A stretch of 62,713 nucleotides of DNA, filler included, from 6 parts of 6 records of this genome joined end to end with filler, not necessarily neighbours in it, one strand, 5' to 3'. Counted from the whole stretch's first letter, positions 31,035 to 41,965 are shown. The notes: a model not told the origin generated them from the sequence alone. Made by a program: numbers and translations.

Positions 31035-31051
31035 TTGGCATATTGATTGCT
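31035..31051 (+). promoter_or_regulatory. Sigma54 (-24/-12) promoter of the CoA ligase gene
   Basis: TTGGCATATTGATTGCT (GG-N10-GC); TGAAAC half-sites at about 30900-30960 and an AT-rich spacer upstream. Confidence 0.78.
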
Positions 31052-31124
31052 GAGCCAGCCTTCAGACGCATTTTTCACGGTGCGCAATTTGATTTCTAAG
31101 AACAAGTAGAGTCGGAGGCTGACA

Positions 31125-32741
31125 TTGGAAGGCTTGATGATGGATGCCCAGTTGAGCATCACCACAATTATGCGCCATGCAGAGATGGTGGCGAGTGATA
31201 GAGAAATCGTGTCTCGTATGACCGATGGGCGTATTCATCGTTATTCCTACGCCAGCGCCTTCAAGAGGGCTCGACAGTTAGCCAACGCACTGGATGAGAT
31301 TGGTGTTGGCGCGGAATCCAGGGTTGGTACCCTCGCTTGGAACGACTACCGCCACTTCGAACTGCACTATGCGATCCCTTGTTCGGGCAGGGTCTGTCAC
31401 ACCATCAACCCGAAGCTGTTTCCGGAACAAATCAAGTTCATCGTCAATGATGCGGATGATGAAGCCTTGTTCATTGATCCGCAGTTCCTGCCTTTGATTG
31501 AGTCCATGTGTGATGAGCTGCCTTCAGTCAAGCATTGGGTAGCCCTGTGTTCAGAAGTTGAGTTGCCGGCTAGTTCCCTTCCGGGACTCGTTAGCTATGA
31601 AGCATTGATCAGCCGTCAGTCATCTAGCTTCGAATGGCCGGAGTTAAGTGAAACTCGGGCGAGTGGTCTCTGCTACACATCTGGAACGACGGGCAATCCC
31701 AAAGGTGTTTTGGGTAGCCACCGGAGCACGGTATTGCACGGTATGGCGCAGAACATGGCTAGCAGTGTGGGGCTGACTTCGGATGATGTGGTTATGCCTT
31801 TGGTTCCAATGTTCCATGTCAATGCCTGGGGAATGCCCTATAACGTCCCGATGGCGGGCGCGAAACTTGTGTTGCCAGGATCTCAGGTTGCTGATGCTCG
31901 GGCGATGGTGGATCTGGTCAACTCCGAACGGGTGACATTCTCTTTGGCTGTCCCAACATTGTGGAGCGGTATCAACCAGTACCTTTTGGAATCTGGTGCT
32001 GCCGTCCCCTCACTGAAGCGCGGGGTGATCGGTGGGGCTGCAGGCGCAATTCGGCTCTATGAGGACATGGACCAACACGGTGTCTCGCTAGAAAACGGCT
32101 GGGGTATGACCGAGCTGAGTCCTATGGGTAGTTACAATCGTTTGCTTGGTTGGCATGGCGAGCTGCCTTCTAGATTGAGGCAGGAGCAGCGCCTGAAATC
32201 AGGGCGGCCTCTGTTCGGTATGCAGATGCGCATTGTCGACGAGGATGGCAATAGTCTTCCTCGGGACGGTGTGGCCACGGGAGTGCTTGAGGTCCGGGCC
32301 CCTTGGGCAATCAAGTCGTATTTCGGGCGAACAGAGCAGTATAGCTGGTTCAATACGGGTGATGTCGCCACGTTCGACCCCAATGGTTATATGCAGATTA
32401 CAGACCGGGTCAAAGACGTTATCAAATCCGGCGGCGAGTGGATCAGTTCGATTGAGATTGAGAACGCAGTTATGTCGCACCCCGGCGTTCGTGAGGCTGT
32501 AGTTATCGGCGTTTCTCATCAGCACTGGAGTGAACGGCCTTTGCTGATTGTCGTGCCAGAGCACGAAGATCCCGAGTTCATGCCGTCAGAGGTTCTGGAG
32601 TTTTTGCTGGGTAAAGTGCCGAAGTGGTGGATTCCCAACGCCTGTGAATTTGTTGATCAGTTGCCACACACAGCAACGGGGAAGGTCAGCAAAAAGTCAC
32701 TACGGGAAACCTATGACCATTATCAGTGGCCCGGCACTTGA
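31125..32741 (+). CDS. Medium-chain acyl-CoA ligase (AlkK/DmdB-like subfamily)
   Basis: GGAGG RBS plus TTG start; [46 protein letters not shown]. Confidence 0.9.
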   Translation: MEGLMMDAQLSITTIMRHAEMVASDREIVSRMTDGRIHRYSYASAFKRARQLANALDEIGVGAESRVGTLAWNDYRHFELHYAIPCSGRVCHTINPKLFPEQIKFIVNDADDEALFIDPQFLPLIESMCDELPSVKHWVALCSEVELPASSLPGLVSYEALISRQSSSFEWPELSETRASGLCYTSGTTGNPKGVLGSHRSTVLHGMAQNMASSVGLTSDDVVMPLVPMFHVNAWGMPYNVPMAGAKLVLPGSQVADARAMVDLVNSERVTFSLAVPTLWSGINQYLLESGAAVPSLKRGVIGGAAGAIRLYEDMDQHGVSLENGWGMTELSPMGSYNRLLGWHGELPSRLRQEQRLKSGRPLFGMQMRIVDEDGNSLPRDGVATGVLEVRAPWAIKSYFGRTEQYSWFNTGDVATFDPNGYMQITDRVKDVIKSGGEWISSIEIENAVMSHPGVREAVVIGVSHQHWSERPLLIVVPEHEDPEFMPSEVLEFLLGKVPKWWIPNACEFVDQLPHTATGKVSKKSLRETYDHYQWPGT

Positions 32742-32868
32742 ATCCAAGGTAACTATTCGTTCTAAAAGGACTTTCGTGACCATCGCCAGGAGGAGCTATC
32801 GCATAAACCCAAGAAACTAACAAATAAACGTAAACGTAGTACTTATCATAACGAGTGGAGTTTTTGAT

Positions 32869-34002
32869 ATGCAGAATAAAAAAATGAGAAAAGCCATTCA
32901 GGCACCCTTGGCAGCGGCGATTCTCGCTACATCCTTTCAGGCTAGTGCTATTTCTCTTAACACCGATGGCGTAGATGCATCACTTTATGGCTATGCTCGC
33001 CTGAATGCGTCTTACGATTTGAACGAGGATATCTCCAATTCAGCCCGCACGGGGTCTTTTGGAAAACTCGGCGGGTCAGATGAGGATGCTGAGGGGCATT
33101 TTGGTGCAGATGCGTTTCAAAGTCGCTTGGGGGTTCGGGTTCGGACTGATGCGGGGTTAAAAGTAACTGTTGAGGGTGATTTCCGTGGCTCAGGAGGCGG
33201 TAGTCTTCGATTACGCCACGCTTACGGTGAATACAACGGCATTCTCATGGGGCAGACATGGTCCAACTACATGAGCTTCTACGGCATTACTCCTGGCCTC
33301 GATTTTGATGGTGTGCCGGGAATGGCCGGTTTACAGGGGCGCGTTACGCAAGCCCGATATACAACCGGGAATCTCTCGCTGGCGCTGGAAGATACGTTAA
33401 CCAGCGTACTGGATACCACGAAGATCCGAGAAGGCCTCCCTACTTTTACCGCGCGTTATGAAACATCAAACGGACCTTTGGCATATTCGATTGGGGCTCT
33501 CGCTCATCAGGTAGCGGTGGATGATGGAGTTATAGATGAAACCGCGCTGGGATTCGCCAGTTTCATTGCAGCCAACTTCAACGTTTCGGATGCCGTAACC
33601 TTCCACGGTACGGTCAACTATAGCGATGGTGCAAACCTGTATCTTTATCGTTCGGGTGAAAACTTTGGTGGCGAAGACGCATACCTTGACGGTAATGACC
33701 TGAATACGATTGCGGGTTATGCCGCAACCGTTGGAACCTCTGTGGATATTGGAGATGGACGCAGCGTTAATCTGTCCTACGGCTTTGCGACCATGGATTG
33801 GGATGATGCTGAAGCTGACCTGGGGACCGCAGCAGTTGAGGATAAGTCCGAAACTAATCAAAAAGCTATGATCAACTACATTTGGACTCCGGTGAGCAAC
33901 GTCATGATGGGTGTAGAGTACGCTTACTACCATCGAGAAAATGTCAGCGGAGACAGCGCAGATGCCAACCGTTTAATGTTTTCTGCTCAGTATAATTTCT
34001 GA
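32869..34002 (+). CDS. DcaP-family trimeric outer-membrane porin
   Basis: Signal peptide, LYGYARL, QSRLG, EGDF, LRLRHAYG, GQTWS, C-terminal AQYNF. Confidence 0.88.
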   Translation: MQNKKMRKAIQAPLAAAILATSFQASAISLNTDGVDASLYGYARLNASYDLNEDISNSARTGSFGKLGGSDEDAEGHFGADAFQSRLGVRVRTDAGLKVTVEGDFRGSGGGSLRLRHAYGEYNGILMGQTWSNYMSFYGITPGLDFDGVPGMAGLQGRVTQARYTTGNLSLALEDTLTSVLDTTKIREGLPTFTARYETSNGPLAYSIGALAHQVAVDDGVIDETALGFASFIAANFNVSDAVTFHGTVNYSDGANLYLYRSGENFGGEDAYLDGNDLNTIAGYAATVGTSVDIGDGRSVNLSYGFATMDWDDAEADLGTAAVEDKSETNQKAMINYIWTPVSNVMMGVEYAYYHRENVSGDSADANRLMFSAQYNF

Positions 34003-34038
34003 ATCTCACGTTGTGTCTCCTGAGTCTTTGACTCATTC

Positions 34039-34070
34039 GCGGTGTGGTGTATTCCACATCGCTTTTTTTT
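34039..34070 (+). terminator. Rho-independent terminator
   Basis: GCGGTGTGG...CCACATCGC stem followed by T8. Confidence 0.8.
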
Positions 34071-34137
34071 GCGCGATCTACTTTTCAGAGTTGTCACCAG
34101 CCGCTAATAACCATTGTTTAATGATTCGGAGCGTCGC

Positions 34138-34679
34138 ATGAAAGCAGTTTTTCTCGATGGTCATTCGCTTGATCAGGGGGATCTCGATTTTTCTGATATT
34201 AAGAGGCAGGTTGATACCCTTGATATTCACCCCAGTACCTCGGACGATAATATTGCGTCCCGAATAGCCGGCTACGATATTGCGTTAACCAACAAAATCC
34301 CGCTTGGTCGTGAACACCTGAAAGACAGCGGGATAAAGCTAATTTGTGTTGCCGCCACGGGCACCAATAATATTGATCTGAGGGCTGCCAGCGACTTAGG
34401 TGTTGTCGTAACCAATTGCCAAGGCTATGGGACCGACTCCGTCGCCCAGCATGCACTCGGTCTGATGCTCAATCTGTCCAATAGTATGCTTCGCTATGTT
34501 CAGGCAGTATCCACAGGTGACTGGCATAAAAGCCGGCAGTTCTGCCTGCTTGACTATCCTATCCAGGAACTGGCCGGCAAGAATCTTGGCATTGTTGGCT
34601 ACGGCACCCTTGGAAAGCGCGTTGCTGAGCTTGGTCAGGCCTTTGGGATGAATGTTCTTGTCTCTGCCCGGCCGGGCAG
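34138..34679 (+). CDS. D-2-hydroxyacid dehydrogenase (glycerate dehydrogenase-like), 3' truncated
   Basis: AVFLD, TNK, ATGTNNID, SVAQH, GIVGYGTLG. Confidence 0.88.
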
Positions 34680-34779
34680 NNNNNNNNNNNNNNNNNNNNN
34701 NNNNNNNNNNNNNNNNNNNNNNNTTAATTAATTAANNNNNNNNNNNNNNNNNNNNNNNNNNNNNNNNNNNNNNNNNNNN
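34680..34779. other. Artificial contig linker
   Basis: N44-TTAATTAATTAA-N44. Confidence 0.99.
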
Positions 34780-35250
34780 GACAAGGGCACCGGCAAGGAA
34801 CAGCAGATCCGCATCCAGGCCTCCGGCGGCCTCAGCGACAGCGACATCGACCAGATGATCAAGGACGCTGAATCCCACGCCGATGAGGACAAGAAGCGGA
34901 AGGAACTGGTGGAAGCCAAGAACCAGGGCGAATCCCTGGTCCATTCCACCGACAAGTCCCTGAAGGACTATGGCGACAAGGTTTCCGAGGACGACAAGTC
35001 CGCGATCGAGACCGCGCTTGCCTCCCTGAAGTCTGCTCTTGAAGGTGAAGACCTGGAAGACATCAAGGCCAAGACCCAGGCTCTGGCAGAAGCTTCCATG
35101 AAACTTGGCGAAGCCATGTATCAGGCAGCTCAGGCTGACGCCCAGGCAGAAGACGGCGAGGAAGCCGATCCGAAAGCCAAGGCCGAAGACGATGTCGTTG
35201 ATGCGGATTTTGAAGAAGTCAAAGAAGACGACGACAAAAAATCCGCATAA
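34780..35250 (+). CDS. dnaK: Chaperone DnaK (C-terminal part)
   Basis: [38 protein letters not shown]. Confidence 0.96.
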   Translation, partial: DKGTGKEQQIRIQASGGLSDSDIDQMIKDAESHADEDKKRKELVEAKNQGESLVHSTDKSLKDYGDKVSEDDKSAIETALASLKSALEGEDLEDIKAKTQALAEASMKLGEAMYQAAQADAQAEDGEEADPKAKAEDDVVDADFEEVKEDDDKKSA

Positions 35251-35261
35251 CCGAAAAATAT

Positions 35262-35286
35262 CAGCCAGCCGGGTTTCGGCTGGCTG
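35262..35286. other. Stem-loop between dnaK and dnaJ
   Basis: CAGCCAGCCG-GGTTT-CGGCTGGCTG, perfect 10-bp stem without a + strand U-tract. Confidence 0.55.
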
Positions 35287-35412
35287 GTCCAATCCTGGCG
35301 CCGGTCGCTCGACTGCCTGATGAAAGGGCACTTGTGCGCGGCGCCTTCGCCGTAATTGGCGCCGGCATTTGCCAGGCCGCCAGCGGTGCAACAACAAGAC
35401 CGGAAGATCTTG

Positions 35413-36543
35413 ATGTCGAAACGTGATTTCTATGAGGTGCTGGGTGTTTCGCGTGAGGCGGACGAAAAAGCGCTGAAAAGCGCCTACCGCAAGATGGCCA
35501 TGCAATTTCACCCGGACCGCAATCCGGGCGACGAGGCCGCCGAAGCCAAGTTCAAGGAAGTCAACGAGGCCTATGACACGCTGAAGGACAGCCAGAAGCG
35601 TGCGGCCTATGACCGTTTCGGCCATGCGGCCTTCGAAAACGGTGGTTTTGGCGGCGGCGGTGCCGGTGCCCACGACTTTTCCTCCACCATGTCCGATATC
35701 TTCGAGGAATTCTTCGGCATGGGTGGCGGCGGTGGCCGCCGGTCGGGCGGACGCGAGCGCGGTGCGGACCTGCGCTACAATCTGGATATCACGCTGGAGG
35801 ATGCCTTCACCGGAAAGACGGTGGAGATAGAGGTTCCCACCAGCGTTACCTGCGACGACTGCTCCGGTTCGGGCGCAAAGCCCGGAACCAGCCCGACGAC
35901 CTGCCGCACCTGTGGCGGGGCAGGCCGTGTGCGTGCCGCGCAGGGCTTCTTCACGCTGGAACGCACCTGTCCAAGCTGTCAGGGACGCGGCCAGGTGATT
36001 ACCGATCCGTGCGAAAGCTGTAGCGGCTCCGGACGCAAGACCCAGGAGCGCACGCTGTCGGTCAACATTCCGGCCGGTATCGAGGACGGAACTCGTATTC
36101 GGCTGGCAGGTGAAGGTGAAGCAGGCGTGCGCGGTGGCCCCGCGGGCGATCTCTATATCTTCCTCTCCATAAGGCCGCACGAGCTTTTCCAGCGCGACGG
36201 CGCCGATCTTTACTGCCGCGTGCCGATTTCCATGTCGACCGCGACCCTGGGTGGTCAGTTCGACGTGCCGACGGTCGAAGGGTCTACCAGCCGCGTGAAG
36301 GTGCCCGAAGGCACCCAGACCGGAAAGCAGTTCCGGTTGCGCGGCAAGGGCATGCCCATCATGCGTTCCAGCCAGCACGGCGACATGTATATTCAGGTCA
36401 CGGTCGAAACACCGACCAATCTGACCCGGCGCCAACGTGAGCTTCTGGCGGAATTCGAGAAGGAATCCTCCGGTGAAAACCACCCGGAATCGGCTGGGTT
36501 TTTCTCCAAGGTGAAGGATTTCATCGATAATCTCGGTGCATAA
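35413..36543 (+). CDS. dnaJ: Chaperone DnaJ
   Basis: HPD motif, G/F-rich region, four CxxCxGxG repeats. Confidence 0.97.
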   Translation: MSKRDFYEVLGVSREADEKALKSAYRKMAMQFHPDRNPGDEAAEAKFKEVNEAYDTLKDSQKRAAYDRFGHAAFENGGFGGGGAGAHDFSSTMSDIFEEFFGMGGGGGRRSGGRERGADLRYNLDITLEDAFTGKTVEIEVPTSVTCDDCSGSGAKPGTSPTTCRTCGGAGRVRAAQGFFTLERTCPSCQGRGQVITDPCESCSGSGRKTQERTLSVNIPAGIEDGTRIRLAGEGEAGVRGGPAGDLYIFLSIRPHELFQRDGADLYCRVPISMSTATLGGQFDVPTVEGSTSRVKVPEGTQTGKQFRLRGKGMPIMRSSQHGDMYIQVTVETPTNLTRRQRELLAEFEKESSGENHPESAGFFSKVKDFIDNLGA

Positions 36544-36648
36544 GCAGTCTGCAAAGGGTGACGTATGCGTGCAATATGTGCGCTTGCCCATGGCATCTTA
36601 TTGCAATCACTCCTATATTCCCCGCGTGGGGGATGTGAGTGAGGAAAG

Positions 36649-37311
36649 ATGCTGAAACGCAATAGCTCGCGCCGGGAAGCTTTTCGGGAAAAGCTTGAGA
36701 AGGCAAGTGCCGTTCGGGCGAAGGTGCTCGATGAAGTCAAATTCATCCGTTCCTGGGCTCAGAACCCGCTTCGAACCGGTGCCGTTGCCCCTTCCGGGCC
36801 AGAGCTCGCCGCCAAGATGGCGTCCTTTCTGACACCGCGTCCCCATTCAAGGGTTGTGGAACTCGGGCCGGGAACCGGCGTCGTCACGAAGGCGATTCTG
36901 GACCGTGGATTTTCCTCCCAGCAGCTCAGGCTCATCGAGTATTGCCCGGAATTTTGCGAACTGCTGACCCGCAGATACCCCGGCCTGAAAATTGTCCAGG
37001 GTGATGCCTACGCCCTTGGCGCCACCCTTTCGCGCGCTGGCGATACGCTGTCGGCTGCGGAAGACCAGCGCCATTCGCTTGATGGCATCGTGTCGTCCCT
37101 GCCGCTGCTGACGCGACCGGAAACGGTCCGCAAGGCGCTGCTGGCGGAAGCTCTGGAAATTCTGAAACCGGGCGCGCCCTTCATCCAGTTTTCCTACGGG
37201 CTGGTCGCTCCGGTGAAGCCGGACAACCGCTCCGTCTCCGTCTTCAGTTCGGACTGGGTCTGGAAAAACCTGCCTCCGGCACGCGTCTGGGTTTACCGCA
37301 AGGCCCATTGA
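36649..37311 (+). CDS. pmtA: Phospholipid N-methyltransferase
   Basis: P..TGAVAPS, VVELGPGTG, SSLPLL, QFSY, NLPPA.VW; dnaK-dnaJ-pmtA synteny. Confidence 0.88.
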   Translation: MLKRNSSRREAFREKLEKASAVRAKVLDEVKFIRSWAQNPLRTGAVAPSGPELAAKMASFLTPRPHSRVVELGPGTGVVTKAILDRGFSSQQLRLIEYCPEFCELLTRRYPGLKIVQGDAYALGATLSRAGDTLSAAEDQRHSLDGIVSSLPLLTRPETVRKALLAEALEILKPGAPFIQFSYGLVAPVKPDNRSVSVFSSDWVWKNLPPARVWVYRKAH

Positions 37312-37436
37312 GGGCTCAGACGGCAGGGGACAGCGGGCAGGAAGCACTCCCATTTCCCGAAAAGCGCCCTAAACTTGCTCTCAGGCGGTTCACCGCGGTG
37401 CCACGCGCGAGCCGGACATTTGTAGGGTAGGTTCTG

Positions 37437-38012
37437 ATGCGCAATCCGAAGATCCTCGTTTGCTCGGGCTCGGTCCGAAGCGGTTCCTTCAACGGCAGAC
37501 TGACGGCGCTGGCCGCCAAGAAACTTGCAATCCTGGATGCTCAGGTGACACATCTGTCGCTGAAGGACTATCCGTTGCCGATCTACGACGGCGATCTGGA
37601 GGACACGAATGGCGTTCCGGAAAATGCCAGGAAACTCAAACGCTTGTTTCTGGCGCAGGATGGTATTTTTCTGTCCTGTCCGGAATATAACGCCGGCATC
37701 TCGCCGCTGCTGAAAAACACCCTGGACTGGATCAGCCGCGTGAAGGAACCGGGCGATCCCTACAAGACCAAGGTCTTTGCGATCGGTGCAGCTTCGACCG
37801 GCGCGTTCGGCGGCATGCGCGGTCTGATCGGCATGCGCACCATTCTGGAAGTCGGCCTTGGAGCAATGGTCCTGCCGCAGATGGTGGCCGTACCCAAAGC
37901 GGCGGGCGCGTTCGACGACAAGGGCGAACTTTCCGATGAGCGGGCAGGCGGCCAGCTGGACAAGCTGGTGGACGCACTTTTGCGGGCAACCCGGATCGAG
38001 ATGTCGCACTGA
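37437..38012 (+). CDS. NADPH-dependent FMN reductase
   Basis: GSVRSGSFN, PEYNAGI..LLKN.LDW.SR. Confidence 0.92.
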   Translation: MRNPKILVCSGSVRSGSFNGRLTALAAKKLAILDAQVTHLSLKDYPLPIYDGDLEDTNGVPENARKLKRLFLAQDGIFLSCPEYNAGISPLLKNTLDWISRVKEPGDPYKTKVFAIGAASTGAFGGMRGLIGMRTILEVGLGAMVLPQMVAVPKAAGAFDDKGELSDERAGGQLDKLVDALLRATRIEMSH

Positions 38013-38113
38013 GGCTTCGAATTGCCGGCAGAAATCGCTCTGAAAATGTGTGTCTTGAGCCGATTTCGGCCGGCTTCATAACCCGGCTCAACAAGGCCGC
38101 ATCCCATTGACTG

Positions 38114-38142
38114 CTTGGAAATACCGGATTTGCCGCCTACAT
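38114..38142 (+). promoter_or_regulatory. Candidate RpoH (sigma32) promoter of hslV
   Basis: CTTG-N18-CCTACAT resembles the alphaproteobacterial RpoH consensus. Confidence 0.55.
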
Positions 38143-38186
38143 AGGGCGGCAGACAAGATGACCATGAAGATTGCCAAGAGGATTGA

Positions 38187-38747
38187 ATGAGCGAAACGCG
38201 CGAACCGGCCCAGTGGCACGGTACGACGATCATGATGGTGCGCAAGGGTGGCAAGGTGGTGATCGCCGGTGACGGCCAGGTCTCCCTCGGCCAGACCGTG
38301 ATCAAGCACACCGCCCGCAAGGTACGCCTGCTGGCCAAGGGCGAGGTTATTGCCGGTTTTGCCGGTGCAACCGCCGATGCCTTCACCTTGTTCGAGCGCC
38401 TTGAAGCGAAGCTGGAACAGTATCCCGGCCAGCTGATGCGCGCCTGCGTGGAACTTGCCAAGGACTGGCGGACCGACCGCTATCTGCGCCGACTGGAAGC
38501 GATGATGCTGGTGGCCGACAAGAACGTGTCGCTGGTGCTGACCGGTACCGGCGACGTCCTGGAACCCGAAGGGGGTGTCATGGGTATCGGTTCTGGCGGC
38601 AACTATGCACTTGCGGCCGGACGCGCCCTGGCAGATACCGACTTTGACGCAGAAACCATAGCCCGCAAGGCGATGGCGGTTGCGGCGGAAATCTGCGTTT
38701 ACACGAACGCCAGCGTGACGGTCGAGTCGCTGGATACGGCCGAGTAA
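38187..38747 (+). CDS. hslV: ATP-dependent protease peptidase subunit HslV
   Basis: [36 protein letters not shown]. Confidence 0.97.
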   Translation: MSETREPAQWHGTTIMMVRKGGKVVIAGDGQVSLGQTVIKHTARKVRLLAKGEVIAGFAGATADAFTLFERLEAKLEQYPGQLMRACVELAKDWRTDRYLRRLEAMMLVADKNVSLVLTGTGDVLEPEGGVMGIGSGGNYALAAGRALADTDFDAETIARKAMAVAAEICVYTNASVTVESLDTAE

Positions 38748-38753
38748 GGGCCG

Positions 38754-39272
38754 ATGATTTCGTTTCGCCCCGTCACCGCCGACGATTTGCCCATGCTGGC
38801 GAGTTGGTTGGCGCGGCCGCACTGGCGGCAATGGTGGGGCGATCCGGACGAAGAGTTGAGCAACATCCGGGACATGGTCGAAGGCAGGGATACGACCCGG
38901 CCTTTCATCTTTCAGGAAGACGGCACCGACAAGGGCTATATCCAGGTCTGGTGTGTCGGCGATCAGCAGGGAAGCGCATTTGCGGCGAATTATCCCTGGC
39001 TGGAGCGGCTGCCGGCAGAAGCTGTCGGTGTCGACCTCTCGATTGCATTCGAGGAAGATCTGTCCCGGGGACTTGGAACAAGAACTTTGCAGGCGTTTGT
39101 CCGCCAGTTGCGCGAGGAAGGTCACGAGCGGATCATCATCGATCCGGATCCGGCTAATCTCAGGGCCCTGAAGGCCTATCGCAAGGCGGGCTTTCAGGAG
39201 ATCGAAGCGCTTCTGGGACGCACCGGCGACTGCCTGCTGATGGAACTCGTAAGTAAAGAAGGCGTGTCTTAA
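38754..39272 (+). CDS. GNAT acetyltransferase (AAC(6')-Ib/Acetyltransf_8-like)
   Basis: PHW..WW, GYIQ, GVDL.I, RGLGT, IDPDPAN.RA...YRKAGF. Confidence 0.85.
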   Translation: MISFRPVTADDLPMLASWLARPHWRQWWGDPDEELSNIRDMVEGRDTTRPFIFQEDGTDKGYIQVWCVGDQQGSAFAANYPWLERLPAEAVGVDLSIAFEEDLSRGLGTRTLQAFVRQLREEGHERIIIDPDPANLRALKAYRKAGFQEIEALLGRTGDCLLMELVSKEGVS

Positions 39273-39275
39273 ACA

Positions 39276-40580
39276 ATGTCCGATTTTTCTCCGCGTGAGA
39301 TCGTTTCCGAACTCGACCGCTACATCGTCGGCCAGAAAGATGCCAAGCGCGCGGTCGCAATTGCATTGCGCAACCGCTGGCGCCGCCAGCAGCTGCAAGG
39401 CCAGATGCGCGAGGAAGTTCTGCCGAAGAACATCCTGATGATCGGCCCGACCGGCGTCGGCAAGACCGAGATTTCCCGCCGTCTGGCAAAGCTGGCAAAT
39501 GCCCCCTTCACCAAGGTGGAAGCCACCAAGTTCACAGAGGTCGGCTATGTCGGCCGCGACGTGGAGCAGATCGTCCGTGATCTGGTGGAAGCCGGCATCA
39601 CGCTGGTGCGCGACCAGAAGCGCGAAGCGGTGAAGGCAAAGGCACACATGCTGGCCGAGGAACGCGTGCTGGATGCGCTGGTCGGCAAGAACGCAAGCCC
39701 GGCAACCCGGGACAGTTTCCGCACCAAGCTGCGCAATGGCGAGATGGACGAGAAGGAAATCGAGGTCGAGGTCCGGGCCCAGGCACAGATGCCGAGCTTT
39801 GATCTGCCGGGCATGCCGGGTGCCAGCGTCGGGGTGATGAATGTTTCCGACCTCTTGGGCAAGGCGTTCGGCGGCCAGACCAAGACCAAACGCACCACCG
39901 TTCGCGACAGCTACCAACTCCTGATCAACGAGGAATCCGACAAACTGCTCGACGACGACAAGGTGGTGGAAGAGGCAATTTCACTTGTCGAGAATTCCGG
40001 CATCGTCTTTCTGGACGAGATCGACAAGATCTGTGCCCGTGAAGGCCGTGCGGGAGCCGATGTCTCTCGTGAAGGCGTACAGCGTGACCTGCTGCCGCTG
40101 ATCGAAGGAACGGTGGTCTCCACCAAGCACGGACCGGTCAAGACCGACCACATCCTGTTCATCGCTTCCGGTGCATTCCACGTCGCCAAGCCTTCGGACC
40201 TTTTGCCGGAGCTGCAGGGCCGCCTGCCGATCCGGGTCGAGCTGCGTGCGCTCGACAAGGACGATTTCCGCGCGATCCTGACCGAACCGGAAGCCAGCCT
40301 CATCAAGCAGTATGTGGCGCTGATGGAAACGGAAAAGGTCACGCTGAACTTTACAGAGGATGCCATCGACGAGATCGCCTCGATTGCGGTTGATCTCAAT
40401 GCCTCTGTCGAGAACATCGGTGCCCGCCGCCTGCAGACGGTGATGGAGCGCATTCTCGACGAGATTTCCTTCACGGCGCCGGACCGTCCGGGTGAAGAGG
40501 TGGAGATCACGGGCAAATTCGTTCGCGACAACATCGGCGACCTTGCCAAGAACGTCGACCTGTCGAAGTTCATCCTCTAG
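39276..40580 (+). CDS. hslU: ATP-dependent protease ATPase subunit HslU
   Basis: [35 protein letters not shown]. Confidence 0.97.
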   Translation: MSDFSPREIVSELDRYIVGQKDAKRAVAIALRNRWRRQQLQGQMREEVLPKNILMIGPTGVGKTEISRRLAKLANAPFTKVEATKFTEVGYVGRDVEQIVRDLVEAGITLVRDQKREAVKAKAHMLAEERVLDALVGKNASPATRDSFRTKLRNGEMDEKEIEVEVRAQAQMPSFDLPGMPGASVGVMNVSDLLGKAFGGQTKTKRTTVRDSYQLLINEESDKLLDDDKVVEEAISLVENSGIVFLDEIDKICAREGRAGADVSREGVQRDLLPLIEGTVVSTKHGPVKTDHILFIASGAFHVAKPSDLLPELQGRLPIRVELRALDKDDFRAILTEPEASLIKQYVALMETEKVTLNFTEDAIDEIASIAVDLNASVENIGARRLQTVMERILDEISFTAPDRPGEEVEITGKFVRDNIGDLAKNVDLSKFIL

Positions 40581-40669
40581 GAGGCATGCGGAAAGACACC
40601 GGTTGAGCGCTTCGTGCGCGGCGATTTCGCCGCTTGCGGAGTGCGCGGACCGGTGGCAGCATGCGGCCC

Positions 40670-41164
40670 ATGGTAGCTATCAGAAAAAGCAACGAGGAAG
40701 GCCACCGCCGGAAGTTTCTGGTCGTGGTCGACGAGACGCCCGAATGTGACCGGGCGATCGTATATGCCGCGAAACGGGCGGCCCGGACCGGCGGCGTCGT
40801 GACGCTGGTCTTCATCATTGCGCCTGGCGACTTCCAGCATTGGCTGGGGGTTGAAGACATCATGCGGGCGGAAGCCCAGGAAGAAGCCGAGGCAGCGCTT
40901 GCGAAAGCCGCCGAGCGCGTGCGGTCCGTTGCCCGTACCGAACCGGAATCGGTGGTGAGGGAAGGGACAAAGGCCGAGGAGATCATGGAGCTGATCGAGG
41001 CGGATGCCGACATCGCGATCCTGATCCTGGCGGCCAGCACGGGCTCTGAAGGGCCGGGACCGCTGGTGTCGTCGATTGCCGGAAAATCCGCGGGAACCTT
41101 CCCCATTCCGGTGACGATCGTGCCGGGTAACCTGGACGATGATTCCATCGCCGCGCTGGCTTGA
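40670..41164 (+). CDS. Universal stress protein
   Basis: RKFLVVVD, REG, GPGPLV, PVTIVPG. Confidence 0.9.
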   Translation: MVAIRKSNEEGHRRKFLVVVDETPECDRAIVYAAKRAARTGGVVTLVFIIAPGDFQHWLGVEDIMRAEAQEEAEAALAKAAERVRSVARTEPESVVREGTKAEEIMELIEADADIAILILAASTGSEGPGPLVSSIAGKSAGTFPIPVTIVPGNLDDDSIAALA

Positions 41165-41200
41165 CGAGCGATCGCAGGGCGGCCGGATTCAAGAAGACGG

Positions 41201-41228
41201 CTTGACCAGGCAGGATCTGCACCTATCT
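41201..41228 (+). promoter_or_regulatory. Candidate RpoH (sigma32) promoter of the NifU/NfuA gene
   Basis: CTTGAC-N15-CCTATCT (CTTG-N17-CCTATCT). Confidence 0.6.
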
Positions 41229-41354
41229 AGTTTTTAACGGTTCCAAACTGCCGAGAGATACGTTAGAAACATTCATCGGCGTTTTGCGATGGAGGTGAGG
41301 CGCAAAACGAAGCCGGCAACATGGGCGCGACCTGAAGCGCAAGGACGAGACAAG

Positions 41355-41912
41355 ATGTTCATTCAAACCGAAGCCACTCCTAATCCGGCGACACTGAAAT
41401 TCCTGCCGGGACGGGTTGTCCTGCCGGAGGGAACCTACGATTTCCGCTCCAGGACGGACGCCGGGGTGTCGCCTCTTGCACAGAAACTGTTCGACGTGCC
41501 GGGCGTGGTCGCGGTCTTCTTCGGCCACGACTTCGTGACCGTGACCAAGGACGAAACCGACTGGCAGCACATGAAACCCGCCATCCTGGGCGTGATCATG
41601 GAGCAGTTCATGTCCGGACAGCCGGTCATGGCCACCAGCGAAGCGGAAAATATCGAGGAAGGCGAATTCTTCGAGGCAGGTGACGCGGACACCGTCAGCA
41701 CCATCAAGGAACTCCTGGAAACCCGGGTACGTCCGGCTGTGGCGCAGGATGGTGGCGACATCACCTTCAAGGGCTTCAAGGAAGGCGTGGTCTATCTGTC
41801 CATGCGCGGTGCCTGCGCCGGCTGCCCGTCATCCACGGCAACATTGCAGCACGGCATCCAGAACCTGCTGCGTCACTTCGTTCCGGAAGTCGAGGAAGTC
41901 CGCCCGATCTGA
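41355..41912 (+). CDS. nfuA: NifU/NfuA-type Fe-S cluster carrier
   Basis: MFIQTEATPNP, VRPAVAQDGGDI, GACAGCPSS. Confidence 0.92.
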   Translation: MFIQTEATPNPATLKFLPGRVVLPEGTYDFRSRTDAGVSPLAQKLFDVPGVVAVFFGHDFVTVTKDETDWQHMKPAILGVIMEQFMSGQPVMATSEAENIEEGEFFEAGDADTVSTIKELLETRVRPAVAQDGGDITFKGFKEGVVYLSMRGACAGCPSSTATLQHGIQNLLRHFVPEVEEVRPI

Positions 41913-41935
41913 TCGGAGCATTCCTGAAGAATTTC

Positions 41936-41965
41936 AAAGGCCCGGCCTCTTGTCCGGGCCTTTAA
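41936..41965 (+). terminator. Probable terminator hairpin
   Basis: AAAGGCCCGG...CCGGGCCTTT inverted repeat. Confidence 0.6.

Noticed and set aside
31125-32741. Naming the ligase dmdB or lvaE
   Set aside because: Motifs place it in the medium-chain ligase subfamily but do not fix the substrate, and there is no DMSP gene context
10543-32741. Linking mddA with the DmdB-like ligase as one sulfur pathway
   Set aside because: They lie on different contigs that appear to come from different organisms
34732-36591. 619-aa minus-strand ORF
   Set aside because: Antisense shadow of dnaK/dnaJ, running into the linker; no recognisable motifs
38088-39917. 609-aa minus-strand ORF
   Set aside because: Antisense shadow of hslV-GNAT-hslU, typical of high-GC coding DNA
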